Shown here: one piece after another, positions 57,750 through 64,000 of the stretch
Numbering within the stretch: the first letter of the stretch is position 1
Layout of the letters: each line of letters starts with the position of its first letter
Source: an uncultured delta proteobacterium
Lineage (GTDB): Bacteria > Myxococcota_A > Polyangia > Fen-1088
Length of the DNA stretch: 64,000 nt
Assembly (NCBI GenBank): GCA_963767925.1
Contig: CAVYGB010000002.1
Coordinates: 2,176,001 to 2,240,000 of the forward strand
Direction: 5' to 3'
Made by a program: the position numbers and the translations under genes
The notes under the pieces: generated by a model
Told to the model about the DNA's origin: nothing
Databases searched by the model: none
Seen by the model: only the letters and a program-made list of their open reading frames with translations

Positions 57750-57945
57750 CGCTGGGCTCGAGTATGACCCCGCCAGGGGGTGGGGACGAGGCGCGGGGTG
57801 TCCGGGCGCTCCTGGCGCGCGGAGACGTCGCTACGGATGGCATCAGCTAGCCCGTGAGATCTCAGTACGCGATGGAGGGATGATGATCTGACGGGCGTAG
57901 CGCGGCGTGCCGCCCGCCGAAGACTCATCCTGGATGAAGACCGTC

Positions 57946-60900
57946 TCACTCGACCGCTGCAGCCAGGACGATCGCCCAGCCTGTATCAACCCAGCGGGTG
58001 GTCCCCTTTGGCGTTCCCTCCAGGTACCGCACTCGATTCACCAGCGCTTCATCGAGTCGACCGCCATCTTCGCTGCTCGCGTCCTTCGCTGCAACCACCC
58101 AGGCGACGTCTGTCGTGGTGATCACTCGAGGGCGGAACCCGCCGTCTCCGCCGTCGATGCGGATGCCACCGCTGGTGCGCTCCAGGATCCGGCAGCGACG
58201 CCCGTCTCGTTCTACCCACCCTTGCGGGCCCACCCGCTGAACCACCTCGTCAAGCACGGCGTCGGCGCGCGCAAGGGTGTCGGGCGGTAGCCGCCGGGAG
58301 CTGCCGCGACCCTTTCCCAGGGAACGCCAGGTCGCATGGTCAAGCGCGGGCACGGCCCATTGTTCGTCTTCGGCGAGCCAACGGGCTACGCCACAGTACC
58401 GCCAGCGGTCTTCGGCTTGTCGGGCCAGGACGAACGCGGTCTCCCCCGGCTGGCGGTCGATCACCGGTCTCTCCAGACGGTCCGGCTCGGTGAAGGCGCC
58501 CCTCTCGGTCACAACTATGAACAAATGTCCCTCGAAGCGGCCCGTCTTGATCGGAGGCTCCGAGGCCAGGCCGAAGGCGGTGGCCAACTGGTTCCGGGCG
58601 AGGAGTTCGCCGGGTGCGGGGGCGATGCGTTCGGGCGGCACATGGTCTACCAGAAGGGCGATGGGGATCATGTCCGCCTTAGCCGGGATGGGCTGATGAG
58701 CGGGGTTGTCAGAGCGTAGCTTCCAGCTTCCTTCCTTCTCGACGATGCGCTTGACCTGGTAAGCATAGCTGCCGTGCTGGTCGGGGGTCTTGACCAGGGC
58801 GACGCGGCCGGCGACGGCACCCAGGCCAACGCCGCGGGCCCACCGCATGATCAGCCAGTCGCCGTCGGCGATGGGATTGGCTCCCCCGGCCATCGAGTCG
58901 CCGGCGGCGCGAACCGCAAAGACCTCGTCCTGGACGCCCTCGAAGGGCAGGCTGACTTCCGCGATGTCCGGTGCGTCGGTCCGGATGCCCTCGGCCCGGC
59001 CGGCGGCGACGCGGAGGCTGGGAAACGCGAGGAGGCGGCCGCGCGGCGGCAGGGTGAGTACTTTGCCCTTGGGCTCGATCCACCAGCCGTCAGGGGAACG
59101 GGAGAGTCGCACTTCGAAAGCGGTGCCGGGCTGGCCGGCGGCCGGGCCGAACCAGCGCCGCATCAGGTCGGGGAGGCGGTTTGCCGGCGTCCCCGCGGGG
59201 CGGGCGACGTTGCAGAACTCCTTGGCGAAGCGAAAGGTCCAGACGGCGCCGTCGGGCAATCGGACGTCGGTTTCGCCCGTGGGGATCGTGGGTCGAGCGG
59301 CGCGGGCAGGGAGCTTGAGGATCGGGTCGCGCTTGTTCCAGGTGAGACGGCAAGTGAAACCGTCACCGGGTTCGGACACGCTGAGTCGGGCGCGGTGGCG
59401 GGAGAGTTGATAATCAACGAGCTCTCTGGTCATCGATGTCGCGGCGGCGACCAGGTCCGGAGGTATTCGAAGGCGGAGTACGACCTTCTCCCCGTCGGTC
59501 GCGAACCAGCCTTCGCGAATCCAGTGAGCAATGGCGTGATCACGCCAGAATGAGACCCACACGTCTGGCGAAGGGGTTTGGAGGGTGGGGAGCGCGTGAG
59601 TGTCCTGAAGCTCGCGCAGGAGCTCCGGAGACCGCTGGATGAACGCCTGGCTGCGCTCTGCGAGCTCGGCTACCGCCATTCCGGTAGCAAGGGCCTCCGC
59701 TTCCAGGACGGATTCGAGCACGATCATGTTCCAGGATTGGCCCGGAGAGCTTCGATCTATCGTGTCCAGCCAATCCCCAAGCGCCTCGAGGACGCGGAGC
59801 TCCTCGTCATCGAGATGTCCCTCCTGCCGGACGAACCGGAACCAACCGCCGTGGACTTTGCGCAGGGACTCCGGACGGTACCCCATTCGGTAGAGCTCGC
59901 CCGCCGTGGGTCGGTCGCCCCGGGTGGCAACGAGCTCCCGGTAGACACGCTCGACTTCCAGGGCCCCGCGAGGCAGGAACACCGCCAGCAGGTCCTTCGC
60001 CTCGAGTTCCACGTCGAGCGAGCATCCCGGTGGGAGCTCGGGACGGGCGGCCGACTGCAAGAAGTCCCGGAGCGACGTGGGTCTGGCGACCAGGGAGAGA
60101 AGACGGCGGATCCGGTCGAGAAAGATGCGGTGGTTTCCCACGAAATCGATGACGACGAGCGAGCGCTTCCCCTCGCTGGTGCGCAGGCCTCGGCCCAACT
60201 GCTGCAGGAACACGATGGACGACTCGGTGGGGCGAAGCATCACCACCCGGTCGACCGCCGGGACGTCTACGCCTTCGTTGAACATGTCGACCACGCAGAG
60301 GGCTTCCAGCTCGCCGCTTGCGAGGCGCTCCAGGGAGAGAACGCGATCAGCGGAGCCGGCGCCGGCGTAAACGGCCTCAACGCGAACCGCCTTGGCGCGC
60401 AGCCAGTCCCGGACAAAGCGCGCGTGCTCTATGGAGCAGCAGAAGACCAGTGTCCGCGAGCCGGGGTGCTTGGCCCAACCCTCCCAGAGTCGGTCCATCC
60501 GCCGTTGGGTCTGGACGGCAGCCGCCAGGGCCGCCGGATCGAAACTGCGGTTCCGCCAGGGAATCTGGGCGTAGTCCACGTCGTCCCGGAGCCCAACGTA
60601 GGAGAAGGGCACGAGACGCCCACGGGTTATGCCCGCGCCGAGGTCAGCCCGGTAAGCGACGAAGTCGTCGAAGAGACCGAGGATGTCTCCTTCGTCCGCG
60701 CGGTCGGGCGTGGCGGTTAGACCGATCAGGAAGGCCGGGTCGAGGTGGTCGAGTACACGGCGGTAGGTTGGGGCGCTCGCGTGATGGACCTCGTCCACGA
60801 CGACGTAGTCGAAGGCGTTGCCGAGGAGACGGTCCAGGTTCTCGGGGCGGCTGAGCTTCTGGACGGACGCCATGACCACGGGAGCTTCGAGCTGGAGTAG

Positions 60901-62178
60901 GTCGCCGGCACACCAGCCGATGTTTGCTGGCTGGCCAGAGGCGAGCAGTATGCGTCGGAAGGTTCGAGCGGCCTGGGTGAGAAGTTCCTCCCGATGAGCC
61001 AGGAACAGCACGCGCGGCCACCTCCCTGTTTCGCGCGCCACTCGACCCAGGTCGAAGGCGGCCAGCCAGGTCTTGCCCAGCCCCGTGGCGAGGACGACCA
61101 GTGCCCGTCGGCGACCCTGCGCTCTGGCCGCCGCCAGGGCGGTGAGCGCCTCCTCCTGGAATTCGTGGGGATCGGGTGGCGGGGGTGGGTCCTCGACGTC
61201 CACATCCCCCGGGGGCGGAGGGCGGGGGTTGGCGAGAACCCGGCGTTCATAGTCGTCTATCCATGCTGCGCTGAGATCGATGGCGGCGGTCCAGAGGGAC
61301 TCGAAGGCGTTGGTGACCGCGTCGTACGCACCCGGGTCGATCGTGCGGTCGACGCGCAAGTTCCATTCGATGCCGGTCTCCAGTGCGGAGCGCGAGATGT
61401 TGCTGCTCCCGACGAAGGCCACCTGGGAGTCGGGACCTTCGAAGCGCCAGGACTTGGGATGGAAGGCGCATTCCGAGCCGTCCGGACGGGTGGTCTCGAC
61501 GACGCGGACCTCCAGTCGGGGAGATTCGGGCGACGACCCACCCTCCACGCGATGGTCCATCTGCGACCATGCCAGGAGTTCGCGCAGGGCCGAGACCTGG
61601 GTAAAGGCGAGGTAGTCGCCGGTCACGAGTCGTACTCGTGCCCGGCCGTGTAGGGCTGAGAAGACGCTGGGCTCCAGCACCTCGAGACCGCTCTCGGTGA
61701 CGAAGGCCGCGACGATGGCGATCTCCCTGGCGGTTGCGAAGAGGGGCCAGAGGTGCCGGCCGAACGGGTCCGTGCGCCCGCCGGTGGCCAGCGGGGACGG
61801 TCTTTCGTGCGGTTGACTGACCCGACCGGCAGTCACCGGGTGGGGCTCGCCCGTTGGGTGCTCGACACCTCCCGCAAAGCGCGGGATGACGTGCACGTGT
61901 AGATGCATCGTGGTTTGGCCGGCTACCAGGCCGGCGCTGAAGCCCACGTTGTAACCAGCCGGTTGCAGTTCCCGATCGAGCGACGCTTTGACCTCCTCCA
62001 CCAGCGCCCACAGCGCCCGTTTCTCGGCGTCGGTGGCGTCGAAGTAGCTCGGTACCTCCCGTCGGGAGACCACCAGGGTGTGGCCCGGTCCGGTCCCGGG
62101 ACGGTCCCTGACGGCGAAGGCCAGGGCGTTGCTCGCGACCCATTCGGTCTGGGGGATGTCGAGGAAGCGCGAAGGCAT
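57946..62178 (-). CDS. HIT - PLD nuclease - SF2 (DEAD/DEAH) helicase - S24 (LexA-like) peptidase fusion
   Basis: GHTLVV, GQTTMHLHVHVIPR (HIT); FHPKSW...FVGSSNIS (PLD); LATGLGKT, VDEVHH, GLTATPDR, QQLGRGLR; VAAG, GDSM, IADGD, VKR, LRSDNP (S24). Confidence 0.88.
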   Translation of the reverse strand: MPSRFLDIPQTEWVASNALAFAVRDRPGTGPGHTLVVSRREVPSYFDATDAEKRALWALVEEVKASLDRELQPAGYNVGFSAGLVAGQTTMHLHVHVIPRFAGGVEHPTGEPHPVTAGRVSQPHERPSPLATGGRTDPFGRHLWPLFATAREIAIVAAFVTESGLEVLEPSVFSALHGRARVRLVTGDYLAFTQVSALRELLAWSQMDHRVEGGSSPESPRLEVRVVETTRPDGSECAFHPKSWRFEGPDSQVAFVGSSNISRSALETGIEWNLRVDRTIDPGAYDAVTNAFESLWTAAIDLSAAWIDDYERRVLANPRPPPPGDVDVEDPPPPPDPHEFQEEALTALAAARAQGRRRALVVLATGLGKTWLAAFDLGRVARETGRWPRVLFLAHREELLTQAARTFRRILLASGQPANIGWCAGDLLQLEAPVVMASVQKLSRPENLDRLLGNAFDYVVVDEVHHASAPTYRRVLDHLDPAFLIGLTATPDRADEGDILGLFDDFVAYRADLGAGITRGRLVPFSYVGLRDDVDYAQIPWRNRSFDPAALAAAVQTQRRMDRLWEGWAKHPGSRTLVFCCSIEHARFVRDWLRAKAVRVEAVYAGAGSADRVLSLERLASGELEALCVVDMFNEGVDVPAVDRVVMLRPTESSIVFLQQLGRGLRTSEGKRSLVVIDFVGNHRIFLDRIRRLLSLVARPTSLRDFLQSAARPELPPGCSLDVELEAKDLLAVFLPRGALEVERVYRELVATRGDRPTAGELYRMGYRPESLRKVHGGWFRFVRQEGHLDDEELRVLEALGDWLDTIDRSSPGQSWNMIVLESVLEAEALATGMAVAELAERSQAFIQRSPELLRELQDTHALPTLQTPSPDVWVSFWRDHAIAHWIREGWFATDGEKVVLRLRIPPDLVAAATSMTRELVDYQLSRHRARLSVSEPGDGFTCRLTWNKRDPILKLPARAARPTIPTGETDVRLPDGAVWTFRFAKEFCNVARPAGTPANRLPDLMRRWFGPAAGQPGTAFEVRLSRSPDGWWIEPKGKVLTLPPRGRLLAFPSLRVAAGRAEGIRTDAPDIAEVSLPFEGVQDEVFAVRAAGDSMAGGANPIADGDWLIMRWARGVGLGAVAGRVALVKTPDQHGSYAYQVKRIVEKEGSWKLRSDNPAHQPIPAKADMIPIALLVDHVPPERIAPAPGELLARNQLATAFGLASEPPIKTGRFEGHLFIVVTERGAFTEPDRLERPVIDRQPGETAFVLARQAEDRWRYCGVARWLAEDEQWAVPALDHATWRSLGKGRGSSRRLPPDTLARADAVLDEVVQRVGPQGWVERDGRRCRILERTSGGIRIDGGDGGFRPRVITTTDVAWVVAAKDASSEDGGRLDEALVNRVRYLEGTPKGTTRWVDTGWAIVLAAAVE

Positions 62179-62224
62179 GGCTGGGACCCGCGGTGGCGGC
62201 GACAGGTGCCTCGCCCTTCGACCC

Positions 62225-64000
62225 TCAGCCGCTGGCGAGGGTGGCGTACTCCTCGAACAGGGGGGCGGACATGGGGTGGGTCACCTTCCAGGTGATTGCG
62301 ATCGGTCGGTCTCCCGTGTGGCTCTCGTAGACGACCGGGCCAAGGAAGGCGTAGGCGTCGTCGGGCGATGGGCGGACGAAGAGATAGAAGGTCCAGCCGT
62401 TGCCTGGGCTCTCGAGGTAGCGTCTCCCGCTTGAGGTGGTGACGCTGGCTGCCCCCTGGGTCTCCCAGTGGAAGTGGTCCCGGCTGATGGCGAAGTCGCG
62501 GTAGCGGGTCGATGGTGAGAAGTCCTTGCCGGTCTTGTCCAGGGTCACGAACAGCAGCTCGCGCTTTTGCCCTGGCACGGCGAGGATGCCGCCCTGGGGG
62601 ACGGAGCCCTTCTTGCCGGGGACCACGTAGCCGACGGCGGCCACAATCTCTCTTCGGCCGTAGTGGCGATGAAGGGCGAGTGGCCACTCCGGAACCGGAT
62701 AGATGTCCGACGCGAGCCCCACCCGGTCTTCGAGGACCTCTCGCAGCTCCTCGAACTCCTCCACGAGACCTGGCCTCGCGGCGAGGTACCGGGCGGTCTC
62801 CTCGGCGGCACGCAGCACACCCCGATGGCTGAGCTGGAAGTCCAGCATGTGCATGCGTATCCGGTCGCGTGGGCCCGGTTCGATGGTCTCGCCGCGGGCG
62901 GCGGTCGCAAGCAGGTCACGGTAGGCACGGAGGCGCTGCGGTTCGTCGGTGTGGGTCAGCCAGCCTAGCCGGCGACTGACCTCCTCGGTCTCCTCGTCGC
63001 CGTAACCGGCTGGGAGCAGCCCGGCGATCTTCCGGATGGTGGTCCATCCGAAGTCGTTGCGGTTGTAGACGTCCTCGAGCTCCCGGCCCGACTCTTCGAG
63101 GAAGTGGCGCAACGAGACCTTGCCGCCTGGGGTCGCGGAGGCCACCTGGCGGAGCTCCTGGGCCAGACGCTTGGAGCCCCCCGCCAGGGACGCGCGAAGG
63201 CTGCGGAGGATGGTCTCGCGCGCGACGGCGTCGAGCTGGACGGCGCAACCGCTGGGTAGATAGGGGAAGCCCTCCTCGACGGCGCTGCGGACCTTGGCGC
63301 GCGGTAGGCCGGTGAGGGCGGAGAGGATGCCGTCGAAGCGAAACTCCTCCCGGTGTTGCCCGATGAAGTCCAGGACCAGGCAGGTGCTCTTGCCCTTGTG
63401 CATCCGCAGCCCCCGCCCAAGTTGCTGCAGGAACAGGGTGGCGCTCATGGTGGGCCGCAGGAGCAGCAGGGTGTCGACGAAAGGCAGGTCCACGCCCTCG
63501 TTGTAGAGGTCGCAGGTGAACAGCACGTTCACGTCTCGGCTCCGCAGTTGACCTGGGGCGGCCTCCCGCTCCTTGTCGGGGGAGTCACCGTGGAGGGCCA
63601 GGGCTGGCACGCCGGCGGCGGTGAATTGGGCCGCCATGAAGCGGGCGTGTTCGATGCTCACGCAGAACCCGAGGGCGCGCACGGAGCGGACGTCCCTCAC
63701 TCGGCGGCCGAGCTGGTGCAGCACGAGTTGCGCGCGGGCCTGGTGGCCGCTGTAGATGCCGGCCAGCTCGGCCGCGTCGTACCCTTTGCGCGACCAGCGA
63801 ACCTTGGTCAGATCGACACCGTCGGACACGCCGTAGTACTCAAACGGCACGAGGAGCTGTCGCTCGAGGGCATGCCACAGCCGCAACTCCGCCGCGATGT
63901 GGCCGTCGAAGTCGGGTAGGAGGGACTTCTCGTCGCTCCGCTCGGGGGTGGCGGTGAGCCCCACCATCAGGTCGGGCCTGAGCCGGGGTACCACCTTCTG
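62225..64000 (-). CDS. SF2 helicase with C-terminal DUF3427 domain (5' end outside window)
   Basis: GLTATPERSD, GFCVSIEHA, DLYNEGVDLP, QQLGRGLR; LLFVTLDK..FSPSTRYRDFAIS..HFHWETQ, LFVR, AFLGP. Confidence 0.88.
   Translation of the reverse strand, partial: QKVVPRLRPDLMVGLTATPERSDEKSLLPDFDGHIAAELRLWHALERQLLVPFEYYGVSDGVDLTKVRWSRKGYDAAELAGIYSGHQARAQLVLHQLGRRVRDVRSVRALGFCVSIEHARFMAAQFTAAGVPALALHGDSPDKEREAAPGQLRSRDVNVLFTCDLYNEGVDLPFVDTLLLLRPTMSATLFLQQLGRGLRMHKGKSTCLVLDFIGQHREEFRFDGILSALTGLPRAKVRSAVEEGFPYLPSGCAVQLDAVARETILRSLRASLAGGSKRLAQELRQVASATPGGKVSLRHFLEESGRELEDVYNRNDFGWTTIRKIAGLLPAGYGDEETEEVSRRLGWLTHTDEPQRLRAYRDLLATAARGETIEPGPRDRIRMHMLDFQLSHRGVLRAAEETARYLAARPGLVEEFEELREVLEDRVGLASDIYPVPEWPLALHRHYGRREIVAAVGYVVPGKKGSVPQGGILAVPGQKRELLFVTLDKTGKDFSPSTRYRDFAISRDHFHWETQGAASVTTSSGRRYLESPGNGWTFYLFVRPSPDDAYAFLGPVVYESHTGDRPIAITWKVTHPMSAPLFEEYATLASG

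Noticed and set aside
57846..57901. Imperfect hairpin gctagcccgtgagatc...gatctgacgggcgtagc as a terminator or att site
   Set aside because: No U-tract, no second copy, long loop; function cannot be supported
1..64000. tRNA, rRNA or riboswitch genes
   Set aside because: None recognised by eye; tRNAscan-SE and Infernal/Rfam would be needed to exclude them

Overview
Very GC-rich bacterial DNA, most likely from a myxobacterium (Myxococcota). This is inferred from the FHA-DUF4388 protein, Cys-rich lipoproteins, ECF/FecR-TPR cluster, Ser/Thr kinase-AAA-GAF-histidine kinase fusions, Uma2 and an MxcI-like fragment. Single-base indels in short homopolymers suggest an imperfectly polished long-read assembly. 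Left to right: (1) a minus-strand NDP-heptose (hddA/gmhA/gmhB/hddC) glycosylation cluster with its own transaldolase; (2) signalling and housekeeping genes including two MBL hydrolases, SRAP and a frameshifted EF-G paralog; (3) an IS5-family remnant with TIRs and a TTA duplication, containing a four-helix-bundle gene fragment; (4) a small cluster of secreted proteins with a RegA-like regulator and a Phd-VapC pair; (5) a giant hybrid kinase; (6) an ECF sigma/FecR-TPR cluster with a repeated promoter motif; (7) a ~10.4 kb island flanked by 37-bp direct repeats, carrying a LytTR regulator, a DyP peroxidase operon, a pseudokinase-AAA-GAF-LytS kinase and an ECF sigma, with visible LytTR-type boxes; (8) assorted enzymes; (9) two tandem SF2 helicase genes, one a HIT-PLD-helicase-LexA/S24 fusion, a candidate defence system. 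No rRNA, tRNA or CRISPR array was recognised. All family calls come from motif recognition by eye, not database searches.
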